From assembly GCA_963729045.1 (NCBI GenBank), contig CAVSMN010000007.1, positions 64,001 to 128,000 of the forward strand: DNA of 64,000 bases, in the 5' to 3' direction. The notes beneath the pieces were generated by a model. It saw only the letters and a list, made by a program, of their open reading frames with translations. It made no database searches and was not told the origin of the DNA. Below, in pieces: positions 1 to 11,526 of this stretch. The stretch's first letter is position 1. The number at the start of each line of letters is the position of its first letter. The position numbers were made by a program, and so were the translations under genes. This stretch comes from an uncultured Nitrososphaeraceae archaeon (GTDB lineage: Archaea > Thermoproteota > Nitrososphaeria > Nitrososphaerales > Nitrososphaeraceae).

Positions 1-1027
1 AACAATTCTAGATGAAAGTGGTGATGTTACAACATGTTCTATATTTAGACTTGTTAGGTTATTAGAGTTCCCTGGAGGAGATATTTTGTAAAAAGAGCTA
101 GTAGCATGGTCTGTTATCCAGACTTTACCGTGCGAATCCACTGCTATACCAGTTGGAGATTTAATGTTCGTAGGTAATTCAAAGATATCAAATTTATTAT
201 CTGTTATACTGTACCTGATTAAGACACCTTTTTTTTCAAACGCTAGAGCTGTTATCCAAATTTTTTTGTTTACTTTATCAATTGCCAACGATCCCAGCCC
301 TACTTCGTAGTTTGGAATAGATTGAAATACATTCTTTAGCGGAATTGGTATTTCTTTGAGATCCTTCTGAGGTTCCATTTATCATCTTATCTATTTGACC
401 ATGCCACAAAGAGAGAGATCTTATTCCTACAAAATACATGCTATTATTATTTTCAAATCCCATTGATATCGGATATGAGGTAGAAAAAAACTCTGAATGA
501 AAAGGAATGGGGTAATTATAAAATTTCTTTTCTATTTTATCAAACTTCCATAACGAATTTAATTTTTCATCCGTGAACCAGAGGCTATTCAACGTATTAT
601 CTAGTTTTATGTCCCAACTCCAAGAATTGCCCGCAGGAAGGTCTCTTGAGTACCAGAAAGGTATTCTGTAGGACTCAAATATCTGTTTAGACGGATCAAA
701 TCCAAATAAGGTTCCATTCCTGGTGGAGATGAACCATACCTTGTTCTCTGCATTATCAAAAGTAATAGCTATGGGGATACTACATATCTCCGGTACCTTA
801 AATTCTGTTACAAAATAATTGGAATTTGGTGCACTTTCCATTCCACAATTCCACTTTTCATATTCCAAAATTTGATTGGTCGTTTGTTGTTTCATTGTAG
901 ACGCCAATACGTTCGGATAACCAATAATCAATGAAAAACCAAAAATTGACAATAGGATAATTGAAAGGATTACAACAACCATCTTTTTAAGCATAATATC
1001 GTACCCTATACTTGGGATCTGAGACAT
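1..1027 (-). CDS. Secreted/membrane-anchored beta-propeller (Vgb lyase/NHL-like) protein; +1 frameshift near 360; runs off window start
   Basis: N-terminal hydrophobic helix, repeats like PIAITFD..KVWF and LWFTD; shifted frame continues KEIPIPLKNVFQSIPNYEVGLGSLAIDKVNKKIWITALAF... Confidence 0.7.
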
Positions 1028-1282
1028 AAGATTTCGTCATATATATTTTCTACAATGTTTATTAATTTGTTTGTGTATTCTGGAGTAATTTCTCAGTTCG
1101 GAATCATCTATATTTGCTAGGACTCTCGGGTAGCCAGGGGATAGTTTCAGCCATATAAACGGAGTTTGATATGCGATACTTGAGTCTATAATTATTTGAA
1201 ATATTCTTTAGTGAATTATTTGCCTGTCCAAAATATCTGGAGTTAGCATAACTTATATTTTGGATTCAAGGATTGCCTGCAT

Positions 1283-2095
1283 ATGGCAAAAGGTTCCAGA
1301 CGAGGGGGCAGGGTTCGTGATAAATGGAGAGATAAACAATGGATTATAGTAAATGCTCCGCCCGCATTTGACAGAGTCCCTCTAAATTATATCCCAATTT
1401 CCGATGTTAGTAATGCAAAAGGAAGGGTAATTGAAAATACATTATATGATGTGCTCAAACAAGATCCAACCCAACATCAAACCAAGATTTTTGTTCAGAT
1501 TGATAGGATTAATTCTGGAATGGCTTCAACAATATTTAAAGGACATGAATATGCAAAAGAGTTTCTGCGAAGCCTCATCCGACGAGGCAGCTCTATGATA
1601 AATTATGTTGACGAATACACAACAGCTGATGGTTATGTTTTTAGGGTGTCTGCTACAGCTTTTAGTCAGAGAAGAATAAATTCAGCAAAGAAACATGAAA
1701 TTAGACTTTCTATGGCTAAATTACTGGCTGAAAAGATTCCTATACTCTCTCTTGATGAGTTTGTAAAAGAAGTGACTATGGGAAAAATGAGTTCTGAAAT
1801 GATGGATGTTGCAAAGAAAATAGCCATTATCCGTCATGTGGGTGTAAAGAAAACTAAGCTTCTTTCCTCTCCTCTAGAGGTCAATGAGGATAAAACCGAT
1901 GCGGATGGGTCTAATACAGAAGCTAATTCTGAAGTTTCTACAGAAGCTAATTCTGAAGTTTCTACAGAAGCTAATTCTGAAGTTTCTACAGAAGCTAATT
2001 CTGAAGTTTCTACAGAAGCTAATTCTGAAGTTTCTACAGAAAAAGAGGTTGCAACTTCTTTCAAAGAAGAAATAGACAAAGAAGTAGGCACTTAG
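1283..2095 (+). CDS. rps3ae: 30S ribosomal protein S3Ae (eS1) with acidic repeat tail
   Basis: RDKWRDKQW..APPAF, GRVIE.TLYD, FKGHEYAKEFLRSLIRRGSS motifs. Confidence 0.95.
   Translation: MAKGSRRGGRVRDKWRDKQWIIVNAPPAFDRVPLNYIPISDVSNAKGRVIENTLYDVLKQDPTQHQTKIFVQIDRINSGMASTIFKGHEYAKEFLRSLIRRGSSMINYVDEYTTADGYVFRVSATAFSQRRINSAKKHEIRLSMAKLLAEKIPILSLDEFVKEVTMGKMSSEMMDVAKKIAIIRHVGVKKTKLLSSPLEVNEDKTDADGSNTEANSEVSTEANSEVSTEANSEVSTEANSEVSTEANSEVSTEKEVATSFKEEIDKEVGT
1915..2041 (+). repeat. Perfect 24-bp tandem repeat (TACAGAAGCTAATTCTGAAGTTTC) x5 plus partial, encoding (TEANSEVS)n
   Basis: Read directly from sequence. Confidence 0.98.
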
Positions 2096-2113
2096 TATTT
2101 CTTAATTTTTGAA

Positions 2114-2503
2114 TTGTTTTCATCCGTAGATATCTCTATTTTAGTTCATGCAACGGAGGATGAAAACAAAATATTGAATCATATTTTGGAAAATTTTAGA
2201 CTCTCTACCAATATGGTGACAATTGATTATGTAAAAACTGAAGGCCATTGGAAGAATCCAATAATGCGTTTAATCATATCAACATCATCCAATATAGATC
2301 GTCTCTATACGGACCTCTGCAATCAGTTAAGAATTAACTATGGATCTGAGGAACTTGATCAATATTTGAAAAACAACCTTGATGAAAAAGGCTCGGTATA
2401 TATTCGTCTAGATAAGCAAAAACTTTGTGCAAGGGCTCTTTTACTTTCTGATACAGATGCCGTTAGAATGATTTTCAAAAAGAAAGGAAAATTTGAAAAA
2501 TAG
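2114..2503 (+). CDS. DUF54/COG1325 RNA-binding (exosome-associated) protein
   Basis: VHATED..KI, EGHWKNPI, YIRLDKQ motifs; usual neighbour of RNase P protein genes. Confidence 0.85.
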   Translation: MFSSVDISILVHATEDENKILNHILENFRLSTNMVTIDYVKTEGHWKNPIMRLIISTSSNIDRLYTDLCNQLRINYGSEELDQYLKNNLDEKGSVYIRLDKQKLCARALLLSDTDAVRMIFKKKGKFEK

Positions 2504-2514
2504 ACTGATTACTG

Positions 2515-3111
2515 TTGGCTAAAAATAGATATATTATAGACCTTTCAGTTGGTTTTTCTTTTCCCCAAGGGACAATATCGTTCATCAAAAAATTCTTTTC
2601 CCTAGATGTAATGGGAATTTATGACACCAGCTCATTGGCTATAGAAAAGGACTCTCTAGTGTTGAGGATAGAAAATACCAAACAAGGTATCACTACCATT
2701 AAAAAGAACTATATTTATCTTTATTATCAAGATTTCCTTGGAAATCTTGATAATACATATGGCAACACTGATATCTTGACAATAAATGATTTTTTTAATC
2801 CTAAGAATCTTTTGAGGAAATTATCAGGCAAGAATATTGGATTTGAATTTTTGGTCTCAAAACTAAGATACTTAGATACATCACAGGTAGGTAGATGGTT
2901 TTCATTTATGAAATATTTTTATAGTCTCTGTAAAAGATATGGACATCAATTTATACTATCCAGTGGTGCAAAGAATATCTATGAGCTATTTTCTTCGCGA
3001 ATGATCAATTCTATTCTTGATAAATTGGAAGTTTCTTCTACCGAATATTGGTCTGACCTAAACCAATGGTTGCCGCGTAAAAAGAGGGGTATGATTTATG
3101 ACCCTCTCTAA
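2515..3111 (+). CDS. Divergent RNase P subunit p30 (Rpp30)-like protein
   Basis: NIGFEFL, FILSSGA..YEL.S.R C-terminal motifs; lies between DUF54 and Pop5. Confidence 0.65.
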   Translation: MAKNRYIIDLSVGFSFPQGTISFIKKFFSLDVMGIYDTSSLAIEKDSLVLRIENTKQGITTIKKNYIYLYYQDFLGNLDNTYGNTDILTINDFFNPKNLLRKLSGKNIGFEFLVSKLRYLDTSQVGRWFSFMKYFYSLCKRYGHQFILSSGAKNIYELFSSRMINSILDKLEVSSTEYWSDLNQWLPRKKRGMIYDPL

Positions 3112-3463
3112 AAAAAAATATCGTTATATTGGTATTTATCTATCCAGTCGCTTATCTTTAAATAAATCTGCGATTCTAGAAGAAATTTCTGGAAGATATT
3201 TGGGATTATTTGGATCAATTGATTATAGTAAAGCCAACATCAGAATTATCAATATTAATAATATTCCTGATACAATTATCATATTAAAATGCCGATTGGA
3301 ATCTTTGACTAATACATTGATATCTCTGAGCCTTATTGATTTGGAATTGATGGTTATCTCTATATCAGGTACGCTAAAGCAACTCAAGAAAAAAATACTG
3401 GCATTCTTGGGTTATATTTCTGAGAATCAAAAAGATCTGACGTTTAACTTCAAAGATAGCTAA
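3098..3463 (+). CDS. RNase P subunit Pop5/Rpp14 family
   Basis: KYRYI, LFG, SISGTLKQLKKK motifs. Confidence 0.8.
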   Translation: MTLSKKKYRYIGIYLSSRLSLNKSAILEEISGRYLGLFGSIDYSKANIRIININNIPDTIIILKCRLESLTNTLISLSLIDLELMVISISGTLKQLKKKILAFLGYISENQKDLTFNFKDS

Positions 3464-3506
3464 GTATAAAGATGTCAGTAAGCAACTATATACAATTCGA
3501 GACATA

Positions 3507-4616
3507 ATGTTCAAATTAACTTCAACGAAATCAACATCGGAAGAAAAAAAAGAACTGCTTAACGATGGTACCAAAGATACAAGGGATAGGGAAAAAACTA
3601 AGGCAGTAGCGTTATTATCGGGAGGTCTAGACAGCCACTTGGCAGTTAGGATGATGAAGGAACAAGGTATTGAGGTAGAGGCAGTTGCAATTAAGACGCC
3701 ATTCTGCGATTTTGATTGTGGGAAGGGGTGTGGACACAAGGTCCTAGAAGTTGCCTCTGAACTTGACATAAAGTTAAAAACTGTTTACTTAGGAAAGGAA
3801 TATCTCACCATGTTAAAGAATCCTAAACACGGATATGGTTCAGGGATGAATCCTTGCATCGACTGTAGGATGATGATGTACGATGAAGCTAAGAAACATA
3901 TGGACGAAATTGGAGCCGATTTTATCATTACCGGTGAAGTCCTACATCAGAGACCGATGAGTCAAAATTCAAACGCTCTGTCTATCATTGAAAAAGGCAC
4001 CGAAATGGAAGGGAAGGTACTTAGACCATTATCCGCACGATTGCTGCCATTAACAAATCCAGAAAATAATGGATTGATAAATCGTTCAATGCTCGGAGCC
4101 ATACGAGGACGTTCCAGAAAGGGCCAACTAGATTTAGCCGATAAATATGGAATAGCAAATCCGCCTAATTCTGCTGGTGGATGTCTTTTAACCGATCCTC
4201 AATTTTCAAAAAGAGTTAGGGATCTATTCAAATTTTCAGTTCAAGAGCCAAGTATCAATGATGTAGAACTCTTGAAAATAGGGAGGCACTTTAGATTGAA
4301 TTCCTTCTCAAAACTAATTGTAGGGCGCAACCATGCTGAGAATGAGATGATTAAATCCTTGTGCAATGATACCGATTATTTAGTACAGCCAATGACAGTC
4401 CCAGGTCCAACATCTATATTGAGGCTAAATGTTCGTCCAGATTTACGAAAGCATAAGAACCTATTAGAATTATCCATACAAATTACCTTGCGTTACTCTG
4501 ATACAGAGGCGGAATATAAATACGAAGTTTCAGTGGTTAATAGAAGACAGAAATTGGTTAGGAAAATTTCGTCCCTGCCATGTACAAAAAATATAATAGA
4601 AGATTACAGAATTTGA
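3507..4616 (+). CDS. ThiI/MnmA-like PP-loop tRNA sulfurtransferase with C-terminal DUF814/NFACT-R-like domain
   Basis: LLSGGLDS PP-loop, NPCIDCR, TGEVLHQRPMSQ, AGGCLLTDP, GRHFRL..IVGRNH.EN. Confidence 0.8.
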   Translation: MFKLTSTKSTSEEKKELLNDGTKDTRDREKTKAVALLSGGLDSHLAVRMMKEQGIEVEAVAIKTPFCDFDCGKGCGHKVLEVASELDIKLKTVYLGKEYLTMLKNPKHGYGSGMNPCIDCRMMMYDEAKKHMDEIGADFIITGEVLHQRPMSQNSNALSIIEKGTEMEGKVLRPLSARLLPLTNPENNGLINRSMLGAIRGRSRKGQLDLADKYGIANPPNSAGGCLLTDPQFSKRVRDLFKFSVQEPSINDVELLKIGRHFRLNSFSKLIVGRNHAENEMIKSLCNDTDYLVQPMTVPGPTSILRLNVRPDLRKHKNLLELSIQITLRYSDTEAEYKYEVSVVNRRQKLVRKISSLPCTKNIIEDYRI

Positions 4617-4699
4617 ATATGCTGTTATATTTTGTCTTTAGTATCTTTCAATCTTCATATTAATCAAGCAGGTTATACACCAATTATATATCTGATAAT

Positions 4700-4987
4700 A
4701 TGCAAACAAAGAAAATTGGGGAAAGGCCTATCTATTTAAAGACTTTTACACTTCGTAATCCAAAGGATATTATTGAAATTAAAAAAGATATCGAAAAAAA
4801 TATGATAATTATTATCAGAATAACACCGTTGGCACAGAGAGATGTTGGAGAACTGAAAGTAGTTGTGGAAGATCTTTATAAATCCGTTACCATCTTAGGG
4901 GGAGATATTGCGAGATTGGGTGAAGAACGTATTATAATAACGCCTCCTGAAGTAAAAATATGGCAGAGCAATCAAGATACACCATAA
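4700..4987 (+). CDS. sepF: SepF family cell-division protein
   Basis: GGDIARLGEERIIITPP motif; 95 aa. Confidence 0.85.
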   Translation: MQTKKIGERPIYLKTFTLRNPKDIIEIKKDIEKNMIIIIRITPLAQRDVGELKVVVEDLYKSVTILGGDIARLGEERIIITPPEVKIWQSNQDTP

Positions 4988-5012
4988 TCCAAATATCTAC
5001 GAGTTTGTTACA

Positions 5013-6917
5013 TTACAATAGTTTTATGGCTTCTTGATTTTGCAAGTACTGTGTTGAAATGTTATGGACTTTGCTAGAATAACCAGAAAAGTTTTGGACT
5101 TTGGATTTCTCACCGTGATTTACCAATATTTTTCTAAGCTTCGGTCTAAGTCTAGAAATATATGCATTTAGTTGATTAAAATCAGAATGCGAATTAAATG
5201 AGTACATTGTTTCAATAGCGCACTTTATCTCAAAGTCCTCGTCGTTTAACGAAAACCTTCTTTGCCCTTCTATAATCTCTTTCCCTAAAGTCATACCAGT
5301 TGGTTTATTTGTAAAAATTATTAGATTCCCAGGATCAGCTGAGACCTTTTTTAGGTAATCCTTGGAGTAGTTGCAATTTAACATTGAAGAAGGATAAATG
5401 ATGATGCCTGGATCCAATTCTTGCGTATTTATATCGGAAATTGATGTTATATTTCTTGAGCGGAAGGGATTATAATCATTTGAGATTATGGATTGTTGTA
5501 ACTCTCGATTTAAGAATTCCAAGTTGAATTCGTGTATAGAATTAATTTCGGTTATCAACTTATCAATATATAATTTGCATTTCATTATTTTTTTTTGTTT
5601 AATAAGCATATCCAACGTAATTAGTAATTCTTGAGACGTTCCAATTAACTGAGACGGCATCAAAACCAATTTTTGATTCCCGATCACCTTATTGATCTCT
5701 TCTATTAATCTTTCTTGCGCATCTTCTCGAGACAAATATGAGTCTTCTCTTCCACCATTGGTTCCTTCAATTAGGAGTGTTTCTACTCTGGGGAAATTCC
5801 ACACTGCATTTTCCAAATATGAACTTTTTCCAAATTTTATATCTCCAGTATAAACAAAATTGTGATCCCCATTTCCCAAATGGATATGAAACGACGATGA
5901 GCCAATAATATGTCCTGCATTGTAAAATGTGACTTTAATATCCGGGGCAACATCGGTAACGATATTATAATTAAGATGAATTAGATGCGAAAAAATCTTT
6001 TCAAATTCCTTGTCCGTATAATGTGAATCAGATCCGTAGCGTTTCACATATTCTCTATACAGGACATACATTAGGTATGAGGTGGGTTCTGTACAATAAA
6101 CAGGACCATCGTAACCGTACTTGAATAACATAGGTAAAAATCCAGTATGGTCAAAATGGGCATGTGTTAACAAAACAGCATCAATTCCAGAAAGCTTGAT
6201 TCCGGTAGAGTCAAATCGTGGAAACCTTGACAAAGGATCTTTAGTATATATGTTCATACCACAGTCCAACAAAACGTTACTTTCATTGGTGCTTAATATC
6301 ATTGACGATCTGCCAATTTCCGCAAATCCCCCCAAGGAGTTTAAATTTGCCTCAATATTCGGATCCAACTTTTCACGAAATATTTTTTCACCTATTCTCT
6401 TATAAAACTGAATGCGATAGTCTGAAGCATTCCTAATAATCTTGTTAATATTCTTGATTGCGACCATGCTTTTTGGGGCCTTTTTAAATGATATTTTCCA
6501 ACCTGATTCTAGGATGATATTATTTATGATCTTTTCATCCTTTATTATTTCAGATATTTTTCTTACAAATATGGTGGCTTCTCCCAATGCGGGATCAAAC
6601 AATATGTCCGTTATTCCTGATTCCTGAGGAATATGCTTTTCTGCTACCTTTTGAACTTCTCTCTCGTCAATTCTGATGGCTTCATCTATCCTCAATACAA
6701 TTCGTTTTTTTATTTGACCAACTATATTAGACAGAATTTTGTTATTCTCGAGCAAAAATTGAGGTTTGTTTGTGTGAAGTGCTATCCTAGGACCTTCATA
6801 TTCAATTTTGGTCAGAGAACATTCTTTAGGAAGATTCTGTAATATTGTTGCCATTACCGATTGACTATCTTGTAAGTTCTGGCTCGATTCAAAGGACCTC
6901 GAGTACATTTGAATCAC
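5013..6917 (-). CDS. KH-domain beta-CASP ribonuclease (aCPSF1/FttA family), divergent
   Basis: IEYEGPRIA KH N-terminus, LGG..EIGRS, DCG, THAHFDH, NAGHIIGS, YTGD, HSD, NHGE. Confidence 0.9.
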   Translation of the reverse strand: MIQMYSRSFESSQNLQDSQSVMATILQNLPKECSLTKIEYEGPRIALHTNKPQFLLENNKILSNIVGQIKKRIVLRIDEAIRIDEREVQKVAEKHIPQESGITDILFDPALGEATIFVRKISEIIKDEKIINNIILESGWKISFKKAPKSMVAIKNINKIIRNASDYRIQFYKRIGEKIFREKLDPNIEANLNSLGGFAEIGRSSMILSTNESNVLLDCGMNIYTKDPLSRFPRFDSTGIKLSGIDAVLLTHAHFDHTGFLPMLFKYGYDGPVYCTEPTSYLMYVLYREYVKRYGSDSHYTDKEFEKIFSHLIHLNYNIVTDVAPDIKVTFYNAGHIIGSSSFHIHLGNGDHNFVYTGDIKFGKSSYLENAVWNFPRVETLLIEGTNGGREDSYLSREDAQERLIEEINKVIGNQKLVLMPSQLIGTSQELLITLDMLIKQKKIMKCKLYIDKLITEINSIHEFNLEFLNRELQQSIISNDYNPFRSRNITSISDINTQELDPGIIIYPSSMLNCNYSKDYLKKVSADPGNLIIFTNKPTGMTLGKEIIEGQRRFSLNDEDFEIKCAIETMYSFNSHSDFNQLNAYISRLRPKLRKILVNHGEKSKVQNFSGYSSKVHNISTQYLQNQEAIKLL

Positions 6918-7047
6918 AGTTTTTGATTAAAATCAAATAGTAAAACAATTAACAAGGAACTTTTGAATATAAAAACCTATTTCTTTATTTTCCTATTGAT
7001 GTTTAACATATTTATAAGATGATTACCAATATCTATCAGTCCAAACT

Positions 7048-7245
7048 ATGGCAGATTATTTTGACAATTTGGTTTTTTCATCATCAATTATTATATTTGT
7101 TGTCGCTCTGATTTGTATATTTGCTTATGAGTTTATCTTTAGGAGTCAAGGCAATATTATTGAAAAATCTAGAATGATACAAAAAATAAATAAAAAGGGT
7201 TCTAAACTTAAACAAAACCAACAGCCTGATAGAGTTGAAAAGTAG
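7048..7245 (+). CDS. Small single-pass membrane protein
   Basis: ATG ORF with hydrophobic helix and basic tail; overlaps the Lhr start. Confidence 0.5.
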   Translation: MADYFDNLVFSSSIIIFVVALICIFAYEFIFRSQGNIIEKSRMIQKINKKGSKLKQNQQPDRVEK

Positions 7246-10028
7246 TTACGCTCAATTAGAACAACATATATTAAATAAATTTTCAAAAGAATCCTTTGCA
7301 AAATTAACTTCAATCCAGGACCAATCATATAGAGTTTTGGCACGAAGGCAAGATTCTCTATTGGTAGCTCCAACGGGTTCAGGAAAAACTGAATCTGCTA
7401 TAATTCCTGTAATTACTATGTTGGCTGAGGACAAATGTGGGGCATCCATGGATGGTGACGGTATAAGGTGCTTGTATATTACACCGCAACGCTCACTCAA
7501 TAACGATGTTTTTAGAAGAATCATAAAGTATGCAACTTCTGAAAATCTAAAAGTCGAAATTAGGCATGGTGACACATCATACACCAAGCGTAAAAAAATT
7601 TATCAAAATCCACCTGACATACTGATAACAACTCCGGAATCCTTGTCAATTATATTAGTAAATGAAAAGATGGGTCATTTATTGAAAACGGTAAGATGGA
7701 TTATCATTGATGAAATTCACGAGATCATATCGTCCAAACGAGGATCTTACCTATCATTATGTCTGGAACGTCTGACTTTTTTTTCTACTGGCTTTTGTAG
7801 AATTGGTATATCAGCTACCGTTGGGAATCATGCTGAAACAGCTCGTTTTTTGGTGGGAAAAGATAAAAAATGTGCAATATTAGTGGACAAAACTCTTAGA
7901 AAATACGATATTGAACTTAAGCATATAGATGGATCAATTAAAGAAGTTTCCACATATATTTTAGACTATGTATCTAAAACTCATTCAAACTCTTCTGTTT
8001 TGTTATTTACCAATACTCGGGATGAATCTGAATTTATGGGTACCGTATTGAAAAATCAATGTAATTTACAGGTTCAAATACATCATGGTTCTCTATCAAG
8101 AGATGCTCGAGAAGAAACTGAAAAATTTTTGAGGACTGGTATCGCTGGAATTGTGGTGTGTACGTCTTCCCTTGAATTGGGTTTAGATATCGGATCAATT
8201 GATCTTGTAATACATTACGGATCTCCAAGACAGGTATCAAAATTAATACAAAGGATTGGACGTAGTAGGCATACTCGGAGATTATCGGCTAAGGGCTTGA
8301 TAATTACAAATAACTATGATGATTTTTTAGAATCACTGAGCATAATCCAAAGAGTTAGGAGAGGATCCATTGAAGATCAGATTCCACATGAGTGCCCACT
8401 TGATGTGTTGGCACATAATATTGTCGGGATGACTTTACAAACCAGAGAAAAGTTGAATTTGGAAAAATTATATGGGTCCTTTTCCTCTGCTTACTTGTTC
8501 AGATCTTTATCGTATTTCGATTTCATGGATTGCATAAATATACTCCTAAATAGTTTTCTAATCCGGTTAGACGTGGAAAAAAAACATATTACAAGAACGG
8601 GAAAGTCTTATAGGTACTATTATGAAAATGTTTCCACAATACCTCATATTGTTAAATTCGATGTAATTGATTCGATATCAAAAAAGAGAATAGGCACATT
8701 GGATCAACAATTTGTGGGAGATTACGGTGAAAAAGGTAATGTGTTTGTGCTCAAGGGCTCACAGTGGAGAATATTAGTAATAGATGAGGGAAAATTTCAA
8801 GTTCACGTTGAACCGCTAAGCGGTGCTCCAATTAATGTTCCGTATTGGGTAGGGGAGATGATTCCAGTTGACTATGAAACTGCGATGATGGTAGGCAAAT
8901 TAAGAAAAAAAATTAGGTCAGGGAATTCCAAAAAAATTGATATTAGTTTCTCTGATACAGATCCAAAAATAATAGCTAATATGTCCAGAAATATGAAATC
9001 TTTGGATGTAATTCCAGATTCTTCAAATCTAGTCTTTGAGACGATACCTACTGAAAGTATTGTAGTAGTCCACAGTACCCTTGGCTCAAAAATCAATAAC
9101 ACCTTAGGCTCATTATTGTCTACATTTCTTTCATCAAAGACGGGTTACATAATTGAAACTAGATCAGATCCATATAGAATATTATTAAGCTCTGTAAATA
9201 TTAGATTAAGACAGAATCATATTTTCTCTTTATTTGATGATGAATTTGATGTGGAATCAGGTACTAATAGCATCTTTTAGTGGGACATATAACATCAATT
9301 GGAAAGTGTGGGGTGTAGCAAAGCGATTTGGAATTATAAAAAAAGAGTCTATTTACGACAAGAGGGTGGCACGCATGCTTTACGATAGATATTATAAGAC
9401 TTCTCTTAGTAAGGAATCAATTAGAGAATTAGTCCATGATAAGTATGATGTAAAAAAGACATCGCAGATAATCAAGGATATAAAATCTGGAGCCATCAAT
9501 TTGCACTGGTTAGACACTCGTGAATTTTCGGGACTCGCGCAACCTATATTGTCACGTTCTAAAAAATCAATTTCTGCCCCACTTGGCTTAGAAAATGGGA
9601 TATTAGAATTGGTAAAAGAACGCTTGACAACAACAAAGCATAAGTTAGTTTGTATGAGATGTGGTAAATGGGAAAGGATATTTGAAACTAAGGATATACC
9701 AAACAAATTGGGTTGTCCATTCTGCAAATCCAAATTAGTTGCGGCTACTTTTTGGAAGGATGGCGATCTGGGTAATATCATTGGTAGGAAAATTACAGGG
9801 GCCAGGCTCTCAAAAGATGAAGAACATAAATTTGATAGGGCCTGGAAAATAGCTTCTTTAATAAATAATTTTGGAAAAATGGCTGTTTTTGTGTTATCGG
9901 GTCATGGAATTGGAGCTGATACTTGTGCCAGGATTTTACGTAACTATACTGATGATGAGAACTTGTTGAAAACAATCTATGAAGCTGAAAAACAATATGT
10001 AATGACTAGAGGATTTTGGGACAACTGA
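7235..10028 (+). CDS. lhr: Lhr-like SF2 helicase with C-terminal Zn ribbon; +1 frameshift near 9260
   Basis: APTGSGKT, DEIH, ISAT, TSSLELGLDIG, QRIGRSRH; removing one G in GAATCAGGTACTA joins both ORFs. Confidence 0.9.
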
Positions 10029-10082
10029 TGAATCTTGTCTTTTTCTAGAATCATTATGTAATTATGATTCAACCTGCCCATC

Positions 10083-11526
10083 TTAACTTATTTTCATAAT
10101 ATTTGAATAAGGTTTAAGTGATAACTCAATATTTCCTTCTTTGCCACTTGCTGCGTTTACTCCTAAAATTCTTACTCTTTCACCTATCTTAAGATCAATT
10201 ACTAGGCCGCTACTCTCTCTCCAACCCACTAGTCTAATTTCTCCAGTGTCATCACCCACTATAGTGTCTGCTACTGACACGATTTCTCCACTCTTAGTGT
10301 TTACATCCATCTTATTTGGATTCTGAAGAACTATGACCTCGACCACATATGGCTTGTTCATGCTATCTACTTCCATTATTTTGCTTTCAAACTGGTCGCT
10401 TTTGGGGATATCTTTGTCCTCCTTCAAGATCTGTACATACGATTCTTGACCAGTTATTTCGATTGTATTTCCAAGAACCCTACTAGGGTAACATTCAATT
10501 ATGTCATCAGTTTCAAAATGAATATCAAATAGTTTATTATCTATTGATAATAAATATGACTTGCCATCTTTATCTATCGCCATACAATGCGTTTTCCTTT
10601 CTGTTGGATCGAGCCTAGCAGAGACGATCCTCAATGTATAGCTCTCTACAGGTTCTATTTGTTCCACAAATTCAAATCCAGTGCCCTCGTCACCATGTAT
10701 TTCTAAATCACCGTTACTAAAATTAGGGTTGCCTATTTTTGTCTTGACACCGATCAATTTAATTTTTGAGCCAGTCGTCAAAGATTTTGGTACCTTCTCA
10801 TCATTAATATTCCAAATGATTGATCGAATTTTCCTGGTGTTGCTATCATTTGATAACTCCATGTGTAGGGATTTTGCACGTTCTCCTCTACTATTGGTGA
10901 ATGCAGAAATCCTCGGATCTGAAGTAATTCTTCCAGAAATAACCATATTTTCCTTTGGAACATCAAGATCATCAATCGTTTCGGTTAATTCAGAGAGTAA
11001 CGGAATTTGATATTTATCCATCTTCTGAAACTATTTCAATTGATCCGTTGCTGCTCAAGTTGATAATGGGCTTATTGTCCATCCCTGCTTTGACCTGTCC
11101 CTTTGAAACTTTAATCAAATCTCCCAGCTTTAAATCAAGCTGTTCAGGCAAATCTACAAAATCATCCCAAAGCTTTATTTTGACATTTGAGTCTTTATCA
11201 TAAATATGGATAATTCTATTCCTTGATTCCAGGTTTGAATCCCTCTTTAGAAATATTTTGATCGGATTAATGGTCATGATTCTCCCGACAGTAGTTACAT
11301 CCCTGGCGCCAACGAATACATCTTTAAGACTATATTCTGATTTTGGAGTTTTTTCCAAGGAAATACCTAAATCTGCGGCCACTAGGAATAATGCTCCCTG
11401 GTCTGTCAAATACCCTGCACCCACATTGGTCTTTTTTTCTTCAATCATTGTCTTTAATTTCTCAAAATTTAAATCGTGTTTTTCTTCCAATATTATTTCA
11501 ATCATTTTATTATAGTCTAGTGCCAA
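10083..11526 (-). CDS. rpa: Multi-OB-fold ssDNA-binding protein (RPA-like); +1 frameshift near 11018
   Basis: GAGYLTDQGALFLVA, IKLWD, VGDDTGEIRLVGW; GAAGATG(G)ATAAA junction joins both ORFs. Confidence 0.85.

Noticed and set aside
1119..1168. GC-richer patch resembling a tRNA 5' end
   Set aside because: No T-loop (GTTCRA) or cloverleaf.
1915..2041. CRISPR-like array
   Set aside because: The 24-bp units are contiguous with no spacers and lie in frame within rps3ae; ORFs 1834-2091(-) and 1884-2075(+) are by-products.
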